From Synechocystis sp. PCC 6803 substr. PCC-P (GTDB lineage: Bacteria; Cyanobacteriota; Cyanobacteriia; Cyanobacteriales; Microcystaceae), in the NCBI RefSeq assembly GCF_000284455.1, contig NC_017039.1, positions 2,100,001 through 2,132,000 on the forward strand: a stretch of 32,000 nucleotides of DNA, written 5' to 3'. Both the position numbers and the translations under genes were made by a program. The notes under the pieces are model-generated. The model had not been told where the DNA came from. It did no database searches and was given only the letters and a program-made list of their open reading frames with translations. Position 1 is the first letter of the stretch. Each line of letters starts with the position of its first letter. Below, one piece after another: positions 1 through 8,967 of this stretch.

Positions 1-300
1 TCAAACGAGCCGATTCAAAATCTACGCCCCGGGCATCGGCCCCCTCTAAAATAGCCCCATCCATGTTGGCAGAAAAGAATCGTGCTCCCTGCAGATTGGC
101 TCCAGTGAAGTCCGCCCCCCGTAAATTGGCATGGTCAAAGATGGAGCCCCGCAGATCCTGATGGGAAAAATCTGCCCCCACTAAGTTACCCCGGTTATAG
201 TCTAGGGCTAGGCTAGGGCTTGCGAGGCTCCCCAAAGCGAGGATAAAAGTAGCAACTAGAATGCCAGTCCGGACTACGAACTGCCATCGGCCAAGGGACT
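1..300 (-). CDS. Pentapeptide-repeat protein, partial (C-terminus beyond window; start uncertain)
   Basis: The minus-strand reading includes LDYNRGNLVGADFSHQDLRGSILDHANLRGADFTGANLQGARFFSANMDGAILEGADARGVDF, i.e. A(D/N)LxX pentapeptides. It is in a different frame from the listed 213..410 ORF. No clear ATG, so the right end is approximate. Confidence 0.7.
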
Positions 301-322
301 GGGGCTTTTCCCTCTGGACCCT

Positions 323-332
323 GGCGATCGCC
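323..332. repeat. HIP1 palindrome in extended form GGCGATCGCC (one of many; others at 2463-2472 and 2703-2712)
   Basis: Exact string match; GCGATCGC cores recur throughout the window, inside and outside genes. Confidence 0.9.
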
Positions 333-595
333 TTCCATGGGAATAGATTGGGGGTGAAAAATTTTTGACAAATTACTAAAAAATTCATTAACATTCAGCT
401 CCCATAGCACTTACCTTTTTCCACTATACATCAGTGCCTAAGAGCCTGTTGGTCGAGTTTTAGCTTGTCCCTAAAACCGAGCCGTTAGAAATCCGATCAT
501 GGGGGAGAAATTTTATTTAGTTTCCCCAAAAATTGGAGAGTCAGGAGAAATTTTAAAAGCGAACTAAATTGTGGTTACCTCTGCCGTTAAGTTCG

Positions 596-2218
596 TCAGT
601 CATCCTGCAGGGCTAAAAGTTTTTCATTCAACACCTGTAAATATTCATCACTGATGTCATCGGCTAATATACCCTTTGCTAAGGCATCATTAATGGCACT
701 TTTTTCTGCTATGTAGAGACGCCGATATAGGCCATCAATGTATTTCTTTTCCACTTCGCCCTCGGAAAAAATTAAATTTCTCTGGTTATAAAATTCTCTT
801 AATTCTTGCTCAGAGTTGGCAATACGAGCTTGATAATCGGCGAATAGTTCTTCATATAAAAACTTAGGTAAACTTCCCGCTTCTAACAAATATTTTAACT
901 CTCCTTGGGCGGCCTTAGCTGTGACCAAATTCAACTGGAGCATGGCAATTTTTTGAGCCAATGGAGAAGGTTTGCTTAGTTGCAATTTTTTCACCACCCA
1001 AGGCAAACTCAAACCCTGGCCAATTAGGGAAACCATCACGGTGCTGAATACCAGTGTCACCACCTGATCCCTTCCTGGTAGAGTCAGGGGCAAGGCTAAG
1101 GCCAGGGCCATCGAAAGGGAGCCTTTGACATTACCCGCAATTAAAACGTGTTGCCAACGCAGGGGCAGGGGGCGATCAAAAAAGCTGAGCAGATAAAGCA
1201 AGGGATAAATGGAGAAAACACGACCAATTTGATAGGCCACAATGGCAATCAGGGCTGCAGGAATGGTGGAGAGGAGAATACTCGGATAGACTTCAATGCC
1301 CACCAACAGAAAAATAAGAGTGTTAACTCCGAAACCGGCGTATTCCCAAAAACTTAACAGGGTGACCTTAATCGAGGCGGAGGTCTGTTTCAGAGCCAAA
1401 TTACCAATTACCAACCCTGCCACCACCACGGCGATCGCACTGGAAACCCCCAGCATTTGACCAATTTGGAAAGTTCCAAGGGAAACGGACACGGTGAGGA
1501 GAATATCACTCAGGTCATCGTTGAGTTGGCGAAAAAGACCCACACAGAGATAGCCCAGCCCCAGCCCCACCAAGCCGCCCCCCACAAAGGCAACAAAAAT
1601 TTGTCTAATGCCTTCCCCAGCGCTAAAGCCTCCTTGGATATGGATGGTGGTAATGACGCTGAGCAACACCATGGCCACCCCGTCATTGAGCATACTTTCC
1701 CCTTCCACAATGGTGGCTAAACGGCGGGGAACTGGCACACTCCGAAAAGCGGCAATGACGGAAACGGTGTCAGTGATAGTGAGGATAACACTAACCCCAG
1801 CGGCGGTAACCCAAGCCAAACCCAGGCCGATTTTTAACAACACAGCGGTGATAGCGGCCGATATTACGACCCCAGGGCCGGCCAACACAGTAATAGGTTT
1901 GATGGTGCTGCGTAAACGGCTGATGTCGGTGTTGATTGCCGCTTCAAAAATGAGAATGGGCAAAAAGAAATTCAGGATTAGTTCCGGATTTAGTCCAACC
2001 GATAGACCCCGGGGAATGGCTAAACCAGCCAAGACTAAGCCGATCACATAGGGAATTTTTAGCCAGCGGGCCACCAAGGCCACCAGGGTGGCCACTAAGA
2101 GAAGAATGATTAGATTCTCCACTAGGGTGGTGATGGCTAAATTATTGAGGATTAGCTCCGGCTCGGTGGGCAGACTCTGGATATTAATGTCGGCGAGGAG
2201 CACAGGGAGCTTAATCAT
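596..2218 (-). CDS. nhaS2: Na+/H+ antiporter, CPA1/NhaP-type
   Basis: 540 aa, about 12 hydrophobic helices, DTVSVIAAFRSVPVPRRLATIVEGESMLNDGVAMVL signature of CPA1 exchangers. Symbol from recall of Synechocystis NhaS2. Confidence 0.9.
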   Translation of the reverse strand: MIKLPVLLADINIQSLPTEPELILNNLAITTLVENLIILLLVATLVALVARWLKIPYVIGLVLAGLAIPRGLSVGLNPELILNFFLPILIFEAAINTDISRLRSTIKPITVLAGPGVVISAAITAVLLKIGLGLAWVTAAGVSVILTITDTVSVIAAFRSVPVPRRLATIVEGESMLNDGVAMVLLSVITTIHIQGGFSAGEGIRQIFVAFVGGGLVGLGLGYLCVGLFRQLNDDLSDILLTVSVSLGTFQIGQMLGVSSAIAVVVAGLVIGNLALKQTSASIKVTLLSFWEYAGFGVNTLIFLLVGIEVYPSILLSTIPAALIAIVAYQIGRVFSIYPLLYLLSFFDRPLPLRWQHVLIAGNVKGSLSMALALALPLTLPGRDQVVTLVFSTVMVSLIGQGLSLPWVVKKLQLSKPSPLAQKIAMLQLNLVTAKAAQGELKYLLEAGSLPKFLYEELFADYQARIANSEQELREFYNQRNLIFSEGEVEKKYIDGLYRRLYIAEKSAINDALAKGILADDISDEYLQVLNEKLLALQDD

Positions 2219-2265
2219 GGAGCTGGGGAGTTACTTTTGCTGGGGCACTGGGAGTTGATCTGGGT

Positions 2266-2739
2266 TTAGTTGCCCCCTAGCCATTTTTGACCGTTTAACC
2301 GTTGCAGGGTGTAGAGCACCATCAGATCCAGGGTTACTTTACGCTCGTCAATCATAAAGGACTCTAGAGTGCTGGGGGGGCGATTATCCACGCTGTAGGC
2401 AAAGCCTTTGGGACCTTTGATGTCTTCCTGGAAGAAGTAGAGGTTGAACTGTTTGGAAATTTGGCGATCGCCGCTCCAGGTGCCTTGTACTTGCCAATAG
2501 GGGGTGTTGTCAGCGCCGGGGATGGCAATGGGCTTTTTGCTAAAATCCAGGGCCACCGGACCCAGGCCAATTTTGCCGAGGGCACTTTGGAGGGCCGGCA
2601 GAAAATCTTGGTTGATGAATTCGGTGAAGGGCTTCTCTTCCACTGCGGGGGGTTTAGCTTTCTTTTCAGCGGGGGCTTTGGCTTCTGTCATTAATTTGGG
2701 GAGGCGATCGCCATATACGTAAAAGGGAATGAGCGCCAC
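2266..2739 (-). CDS. ndhV: NAD(P)H dehydrogenase (NDH-1) subunit NdhV, DUF2996 family
   Basis: 157 aa; FTEFINQDFLPALQS...LDFSKKPI...YWQVQGTWSGDRQFNLYFFQEDIKGPKGFAYS...ESFMIDERKVTLDLMV matches recalled cyanobacterial NdhV. Internal Met17 (2691) is an alternative start. Confidence 0.85.
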   Translation of the reverse strand: MALIPFYVYGDRLPKLMTEAKAPAEKKAKPPAVEEKPFTEFINQDFLPALQSALGKIGLGPVALDFSKKPIAIPGADNTPYWQVQGTWSGDRQISKQFNLYFFQEDIKGPKGFAYSVDNRPPSTLESFMIDERKVTLDLMVLYTLQRLNGQKWLGGN

Positions 2740-2769
2740 TGGAGGCAGTCACAAAAAAAATAACAAATA

Positions 2770-3435
2770 TTAACGGGGTTCACCAGGGGTGACGGGGGCT
2801 CCGTCAGTCTTTTTTTCGGTAACTCGGCGCAAGACCCCATTGATAAAACGGTGACCATCCTGACCCGAATAACGTTTGGCCAACTCCACTGCTTCATTGA
2901 TGGCGACTTTTTGGGGCACACCGAGGTAATCCAGTTCGGCGATCGCCAGACGGAGTATGTCTTGATCTATTTTGGCCAGGCGGGACAGTTGCCAGTCCAC
3001 CATGGCTTCTTGCAACTGCTCATCAATCTGCTGACGGCGGCGACAGACGGTGCCAATCAATTCCAACGCAAATTTTCGTACTTCCATTTGCCCCGCCAAC
3101 TGCAACGTTTCCGGTAAATCCACCGCTAGGGCTAGGCGATTAATCACCGTTTCCGTTAGGGTCATAGCCTCTTCCAACATGGCCTTAGCACTGTTGAGGT
3201 TGCTAGCCCGGATTTCACTGTTTAACAGGCGTTCATGGCTACGACTCAATTCCGCCGAGGCCGTTTCTAAAATTTCATGGACTTCCCCACTCAGGGTGCG
3301 GGTGGCGGCCAACAACAATGCTTCCAGGTCGCCTTGCTCCAAGGTTTCGGGCTTAGTGTCCTTGCGGCTCAATTGGCTCAGGCTCAACAGGGACAGTTCA
3401 CGGGCCACACGGCGGGGTTGTTGACGGGCAAGCAT
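2770..3435 (-). CDS. nusB: Transcription antitermination protein NusB
   Basis: The ORF is open from 3600, but the conserved protein probably begins at ATG 3435 ([22 protein letters not shown]). The C-terminal part, [46 protein letters not shown], is classic NusB. Confidence 0.93.
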   Translation of the reverse strand: MLARQQPRRVARELSLLSLSQLSRKDTKPETLEQGDLEALLLAATRTLSGEVHEILETASAELSRSHERLLNSEIRASNLNSAKAMLEEAMTLTETVINRLALAVDLPETLQLAGQMEVRKFALELIGTVCRRRQQIDEQLQEAMVDWQLSRLAKIDQDILRLAIAELDYLGVPQKVAINEAVELAKRYSGQDGHRFINGVLRRVTEKKTDGAPVTPGEPR

Positions 3436-3639
3436 AGGTTCAAATCTCAGCAAATCAGGAGTAATACTTTCTCTGATCCTATGGCCATTGTTGGTTACTT
3501 GGATAATCTGGCCCAAGCCTAGGCGATCGCCGACTGGATTTCGATTACCATGCAACTCACCAATGCCGATGGGTTTACCCTGTGCCAGAGCCGGCACCAA
3601 AGGATTGGTTCCATTGTGGATTAATGGCAGAATGGCTCC

Positions 3640-5472
3640 ATGGCCCTAGGGGATTTGCTGAAAATGGTTAATTGGACTAGAAATTGGTTTGGTTTTTCGT
3701 GCTTATTTGTTCTTACTCTGGCGGTAATGCTGGGGCTAAAACTGTTTTTGCCCAGTCCAGTGGTGGCCCAATCCTCTTCAGATTTTATTCAACAGGGCAA
3801 TCAAATTAGCATTGACGGTAAATCCTATCCTGTGGCCTGGGGTCAATGGCAGGAGGGAGGCCAGACCCGCACCGGCCTTGGGGATACTGGGGCCATGCAG
3901 TTTCTAGGGCTAGATCTGCTTGATAACACCAGCCCCAATCAGCAACCTGTGCAATGGTTCAGTGGCGATCGCCAAACTTTAAACGCCCGTTTTGTCGCTC
4001 CCAATCGTTACCTGGATGTAACTTCCCTCTTGCAAGGCTTCGGACCGTTGCAAGCCCAGGGCAATACCCTCGTGATGCCCAACACCAATGCCCAAATTCT
4101 GACCGTGCGGGACGGTAGGCAATCCTGGGGGGAAAGGGTAGTGTTGGAACTAAGCCAACCAGCCTTTTGGCAAGTGAGCCAAGCCAGGGAAGAAGCCGTT
4201 GTCACCATTAACGCCAGCAGTACCATCGGTAGCCAAGGCAATGCCAACGCCCCCGGACTACAGGCCATTGACCAGGACGATTTGGGTGGTAAAACCAGCG
4301 GCGGGCAACAAATTCGTTATCGCCTGGAAAGATCAGGGGCCAGCAGCAAAGTCCATTTTCAATTACCCGTGGGTTACAAGCTCCAGGTTAGTACTCTTAC
4401 TTCTCCCTTCCGTTTGGTAATTGATGCCCGGGCTGATGCTCCTCCGGTCAAAACTATCAACTGGACAGAGGGCATTACTTGGCAACAACGCTTTGTCAAT
4501 ATCAGCGGCGGCCAATTTCCCGTCACCACCGTCACCATTAACCCCCGATCTCCAGGCATTTCTTTACGACCTTTGATGGCCAATCCCACCATGGCCCAGG
4601 GCACAGCACCGTTGGTGACCATTGCTAGGGATCAACGGGCGGCGGTAGCTATCAATGCGGGCTTTTTCAACCGCAATAATCAACTTCCCCTAGGGGCAGT
4701 GTGGAGTCAGCAAAATTGGCGATCGGGGCCGATTTTGAACCGGGGGGCGATCGCCTGGAATGACCAGGGACAAACCACTTTTGGGCGCCTATCTTTGTCG
4801 GAAATAATCACCACTGGGTCTGGTCAACGCTTAACCGCCAATTATCTCAACAGTGGCTATGTGCAACGGGGCATTGCCCGCTATACCCCCGCCTGGGGCC
4901 CCAGCTATATTCCCCTCAGTGATAACGAACAGGTTTATGTGGTGCAAAATAGCCAGGTCACTGCCCAATATCCTTTGCCCAAAGCGGGCCAACAGCAAAT
5001 GCCCATTCCCAGCGATGGTTATTTAATCATTGACCGGGGCAACCAAATTCCCGCCGGGGTTCTGGCTGTGGGAACCACCCTTAACGTCAATGGGCGATCG
5101 ACGCCGGAAGCTTTCAACGCTTTCCCCAACGGCATGGGGGCAGGGCCCTTATTAATTGACCAGGGACGCATGGTGCTCAATGCAACAGGGGAAGGTTTTT
5201 CCAGTGCTTTTCAACAGCAACGGGCCTCCCGCAGTGCGATCGCCGTGGACAGAAACGGCAACATTATCCTGGTGGCTAGCCATAACCGGGTGGGGGGAGC
5301 TGGAGCTAGCTTGGGGGAATTTGCCCAAATTTTGCAACAGTTGGGGGCGGTGAATGCGTTGAATTTAGATGGCGGCAGTTCCACCTCCCTGGCCCTGGGG
5401 GGTCAGTTGCTGGATCGATCGCCAGTGACGGCGGCCCGGGTGAGCAATGCCATTGGCGTGTTTGTTCGTTAA
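3640..5472 (+). CDS. Phosphodiester glycosidase (NAGPA-domain) family, exported or membrane-anchored
   Basis: 610 aa with N-terminal hydrophobic segment. [20 protein letters not shown]...[11 protein letters not shown]...[13 protein letters not shown]...[17 protein letters not shown]...[15 protein letters not shown] is the NAGPA signature. Confidence 0.85.
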   Translation: MALGDLLKMVNWTRNWFGFSCLFVLTLAVMLGLKLFLPSPVVAQSSSDFIQQGNQISIDGKSYPVAWGQWQEGGQTRTGLGDTGAMQFLGLDLLDNTSPNQQPVQWFSGDRQTLNARFVAPNRYLDVTSLLQGFGPLQAQGNTLVMPNTNAQILTVRDGRQSWGERVVLELSQPAFWQVSQAREEAVVTINASSTIGSQGNANAPGLQAIDQDDLGGKTSGGQQIRYRLERSGASSKVHFQLPVGYKLQVSTLTSPFRLVIDARADAPPVKTINWTEGITWQQRFVNISGGQFPVTTVTINPRSPGISLRPLMANPTMAQGTAPLVTIARDQRAAVAINAGFFNRNNQLPLGAVWSQQNWRSGPILNRGAIAWNDQGQTTFGRLSLSEIITTGSGQRLTANYLNSGYVQRGIARYTPAWGPSYIPLSDNEQVYVVQNSQVTAQYPLPKAGQQQMPIPSDGYLIIDRGNQIPAGVLAVGTTLNVNGRSTPEAFNAFPNGMGAGPLLIDQGRMVLNATGEGFSSAFQQQRASRSAIAVDRNGNIILVASHNRVGGAGASLGEFAQILQQLGAVNALNLDGGSSTSLALGGQLLDRSPVTAARVSNAIGVFVR

Positions 5473-5490
5473 ATAATGGTTGTGCCGACC

Positions 5491-7986
5491 CTAATCAATG
5501 CTGAGGGGGTCCACGTCAATATCCAGGTAAACGGAGCTAGGGCAAATTTGTTTAATTCTCTCCAGCGGCAAAATTACTTTGATGAAGCTGGGATATTTAA
5601 CTAACAACTGCCAGCGATACCGTTGGGCAATGCGGAGAATACTGGCCGGGGCGGGTCCCAAAATCTCCACGGTCTTGGGTAAAAGTTGTTCACACAAAAC
5701 GGCGATCGCCTGGATCGTTTTTTCCACCTCCCTTTCATTGGTCCCCAGACAACGGAGCAAAATTAACTTGCCGTAGGGGGGATAATTTAACATTTCCCGT
5801 TGGGGTAACTCCTGGGCGATAAAACCATGGTAATTGTGGGTTTTAACGGCTTGGATCACAGGATGGCGGGGGGTATAGGTTTGGATAATCACTTGCCCCG
5901 GCTCTTCTCCCCGGCCAGCCCGGCCACTCACCTGGGTTAAGGTCTGAAAACCCCGCTCAGCAGAACGATAATCGGCAAAATTAAGTAAACTATCGGCGGC
6001 CACCACCCCCACCAAGGTAATCTGGGCCAGGTCTAACCCTTTGGTTAACATTTGCGTTCCCACCAGTAAATCTGCTTCTCCCCGTTGGAATTGATCCAAC
6101 AAGGCTCGATGGGCACCTTTACGGCGGGTGGTGTCACTGTCAAAGCGAATCCAGCGTAAATCGGGAAATTCTTGGGTTAGGGCTTCGGTTACTTTTTGGG
6201 TGCCACTGCCAAAAAATTTCAGATAGGGGGAAGAACATTCCGGACACACTTTGGGCTGGATTTCCGCATGGTTACAGTAATGGCACCGCAGGAGAGGTTG
6301 GCCATTGCCCTGGACGTAGTGATAGGAAAGGGAAACGTCACAGTTGGGACATTCCAACACATAACCGCAACTGCGACAGGAGACAAAGGTGCTATGGCCC
6401 CGGCGGTTAATAAACAAAATACCTTGCTGTTGTTTGGCTTTGAGTTCCCCCAGGGCAGTTTGTAAAGCCCGACTAAAAATGGAGCGATTGCCCTGTTTTA
6501 ATTCCGCCCGCATATCGACAATTTGCACCGGGGGTAGGGGGCGGGACTGCACCCGTTCTGGTAACTCTAGGTAATGTCGCTGGGGGTCATTTTGATGGCG
6601 ATGAACTGTATGCCAGCTTTCCAAAGAAGGGGTAGCGGAACCCAGGATGAGGGGGCATTGTTCAAGTTCGGCCCGGCGTTGGGCCACGGTGCGGGCATGG
6701 TAATTAGGAGTTAACTGGGTTTGCTTAAAGCTACTGTCATGTTCTTCATCAAGGATGATTAATCCCAGATTAGGCAGGGGCGTAAAAATAGCGGAACGGG
6801 TACCAATGACAATCTGTTCATGACCTAGGAGAGTTTGCCGCCAGGTGTCGTACTTTTCCCCGGAAGATAGGCCGCTATGGTACACAGCCACCTTATTGCC
6901 AAAACGGGCCCGAAAACGGTCGGTTAACTGGGGGGTCAAACCAATTTCCGGTACTAGCACTAAAACCGATTGGCCCTTGCCCAGGCGATCGCCACAGATT
7001 TGCAGGTAAACTTCCGTTTTGCCGGAGCCGGTGACACCGTGGAGCAAAACCTGATGGTAACCCTGGAGGGGCAGGACAGTTTGGCAAGCTTGCTTCTGCG
7101 CAGGAGTTAGTTCTGGAGCTTGGCTGGCATTAATCGACGGTTGCTGGAAAAGCCGTAATTTTTCCCGTTCGGCGATCGCCACTAGTCCTTTTTTTGCCAA
7201 GGATTGAATGGTAGAGGCGGAACAGGGCACTGCTTTGAGTAAATCCGCTAACCACATTTCCCCCCCCTGGTTTTTGAGCACTATCAGGGTTCTGGCCTGT
7301 AGCTCCGTCAGTTTGAAACTGGGGTCAAAATTTAATAAAGTCACCATTTTGGGTAACTGGGGCTGCACCGCTTTGGGGGGTTCCAGGTAACTTTCCACCC
7401 ATTGTCGTTTGAGCAAATCCCGCAACGCCTTAGTCAACCCTGGTACTTTTTGCCGCAGGTAACGGTAACTATAATCCCCTTCCTTAGATGATTGCAGTAG
7501 GGTTAGAATTTGCCTTGCTCCCTGGTGGGACGGTTGACTCAAAAACAATGGCCAGTCCGATGGCAGGCGATCGCCATTCAATTTAATGCGACGCTGGGAC
7601 CGCTGGAGTAAACCTGGTGGCAACGCCATGCGAATAACGGTGATTAACTCGGTGCAATAATATTCCGCCAACCAATGCAACAGCCGCCAATAATGGGGCG
7701 CAAAAAAGCCCGATACAATTACGTCTTGAATGGGCTTAATTTTTTCCGGCGGCAAATCCGGTGGCAGTTTTGTCAAACAACCCACCACAATGCCCCCCAA
7801 CTGCTGGTTACCAAAGGGCACCGCCACAATGTCCCCATCCTGCACGGTTAAACCTGGGGGAATGGCATAGGTATAAACCCCTTCATTTTGGGGTAAATCC
7901 ACCAGCACCGCCGCCCAAGGGCGCACTGAATCTTCTTCCTGGTAGTTAAACCCCAATTCCGCCAGGGCTGAGGGAGAAACAGTCAT
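5491..7986 (-). CDS. priA: Primosomal protein N' (replication restart helicase)
   Basis: 831 aa; Walker A GVTGSGKTEVYLQ, DEEHDSSFKQ, GSATPS, zinc cysteines CRSCGYVLECPNCDVSL...CHYCNHAEIQPKVCPECSS, and GTQMLTKGLDLAQITLVGVVAADSLLNFADYRSAER. Confidence 0.97.
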   Translation of the reverse strand: MTVSPSALAELGFNYQEEDSVRPWAAVLVDLPQNEGVYTYAIPPGLTVQDGDIVAVPFGNQQLGGIVVGCLTKLPPDLPPEKIKPIQDVIVSGFFAPHYWRLLHWLAEYYCTELITVIRMALPPGLLQRSQRRIKLNGDRLPSDWPLFLSQPSHQGARQILTLLQSSKEGDYSYRYLRQKVPGLTKALRDLLKRQWVESYLEPPKAVQPQLPKMVTLLNFDPSFKLTELQARTLIVLKNQGGEMWLADLLKAVPCSASTIQSLAKKGLVAIAEREKLRLFQQPSINASQAPELTPAQKQACQTVLPLQGYHQVLLHGVTGSGKTEVYLQICGDRLGKGQSVLVLVPEIGLTPQLTDRFRARFGNKVAVYHSGLSSGEKYDTWRQTLLGHEQIVIGTRSAIFTPLPNLGLIILDEEHDSSFKQTQLTPNYHARTVAQRRAELEQCPLILGSATPSLESWHTVHRHQNDPQRHYLELPERVQSRPLPPVQIVDMRAELKQGNRSIFSRALQTALGELKAKQQQGILFINRRGHSTFVSCRSCGYVLECPNCDVSLSYHYVQGNGQPLLRCHYCNHAEIQPKVCPECSSPYLKFFGSGTQKVTEALTQEFPDLRWIRFDSDTTRRKGAHRALLDQFQRGEADLLVGTQMLTKGLDLAQITLVGVVAADSLLNFADYRSAERGFQTLTQVSGRAGRGEEPGQVIIQTYTPRHPVIQAVKTHNYHGFIAQELPQREMLNYPPYGKLILLRCLGTNEREVEKTIQAIAVLCEQLLPKTVEILGPAPASILRIAQRYRWQLLVKYPSFIKVILPLERIKQICPSSVYLDIDVDPLSID

Positions 7987-7992
7987 ATTTGC

Positions 7993-8424
7993 TTACTTTT
8001 TACCATTTTTTCCCTTGCTCTCCACGGTTAAATGCTCTGTGGGATAGACTTGCCAGGAATGCCAGGCTGCCTTGACTCCCGCCACAAAGCGTTTGGAACC
8101 CCCTTGCACCTTTTTGGCTCCCTCTTTGGTGATGGTTACGCCCCGGTCCACGGTTTGAACTACGTCTTCCACTGTTCTGACCCCTTGGTTTAAATCATCT
8201 GTCAATTCGCTAATTTCCAAACCCGTTAAACGAATGGCTTCCAACGTGGGGGGAAATTCCCGATTAAGGCTGTCAAATAATTTTTCTGCACTGCGTGCCG
8301 CCCGGGCCAGTTCCTGTAACGCCGGTAGGGCCACCACCAACACAGCGGTCAGGCTAATGGACACCAGGGTGAGGGAAAGACCCAGCCAGAAAAGGGGTTC
8401 GGTCATAGGTACAGAAAAAGTCAA
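7993..8424 (-). CDS. DUF948-like single-pass membrane protein
   Basis: 143 aa; N-terminal TM (LFWLGLSLTLVSISLTAVLVVALPAL) followed by a heptad-rich helix RAARSAEKLFDSLNREFPPTLEAIRLTGLEISELTDDLNQGVRTVEDVVQTVD. Confidence 0.65.
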   Translation of the reverse strand: MTFSVPMTEPLFWLGLSLTLVSISLTAVLVVALPALQELARAARSAEKLFDSLNREFPPTLEAIRLTGLEISELTDDLNQGVRTVEDVVQTVDRGVTITKEGAKKVQGGSKRFVAGVKAAWHSWQVYPTEHLTVESKGKNGKK

Positions 8425-8523
8425 CTACGGGGGCAATGGGGTGAGGGGCGACAGCGGTGGCCACAAGTTTCTGGTGGGGAAGGATTTAAACAACCATAAC
8501 CAGCCCAAAGATTAATGAAAAAA

Positions 8524-8871
8524 CTAACTGTCCGCCAGGGTAGTTTCCGCTGTAATGTCCCTTGGTTTTGGTTCCGGTTCTGACACCACGGTGGTTTGGG
8601 TTGCTTCCACCCCAGCGGCGATCGCCTCTTTGAGCCGTTCCAGGGTGCCCTGCCAATTACGTTGGGTGGCTTCGGAAAGATAGTCTGCCTGGAGTTGCAG
8701 AGTTGTGGCCAAATCCTCGGCTAAATCGGGGAGGGCGTCGGCAGATTTTTTTAACAGTTGCCTGGTTTGTTTGCCGGAGCGGGGGGCTAACAATAACCCA
8801 GTCACCGATCCCACTAAACCGCCAATTACCATGCCTGCCAACAGAGCGCCACCTTTGTTATTGCTGGCCAT
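8524..8871 (-). CDS. YtxH domain-containing protein
   Basis: Internal ATG at 8871 gives MASNNKGGALLAGMVIGGLVGSVTGLLLAPRSGKQTRQLLKKSADAL, the Gly-zipper TM plus LLAPRSGKETR YtxH signature. Confidence 0.8.
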   Translation of the reverse strand: MASNNKGGALLAGMVIGGLVGSVTGLLLAPRSGKQTRQLLKKSADALPDLAEDLATTLQLQADYLSEATQRNWQGTLERLKEAIAAGVEATQTTVVSEPEPKPRDITAETTLADS

Positions 8872-8967
8872 GTTCCCCCGTAAAAAGAATTTCCCCCATT
8901 CTAGTGGAAGGGGAGAAAATGCTGGCCTCATTCCCCCATTTGTCTGGGTTAATCCGTTCGGCCAACT

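Noticed and set aside
213-410. 65-aa minus-strand ORF near the left edge
   Set aside because: Overlaps the pentapeptide gene in another frame and resembles no protein family.
1148-2051. Plus-strand ORFs (1148..1357, 1457..1720, 1608..2051) opposite nhaS2
   Set aside because: Low-complexity or non-protein-like translations fully antisense to a well-supported CDS.
2851-3522. Plus-strand ORFs (2851..3117, 3050..3424, 3277..3522) opposite nusB
   Set aside because: Antisense to conserved NusB coding sequence with no domain-like features.
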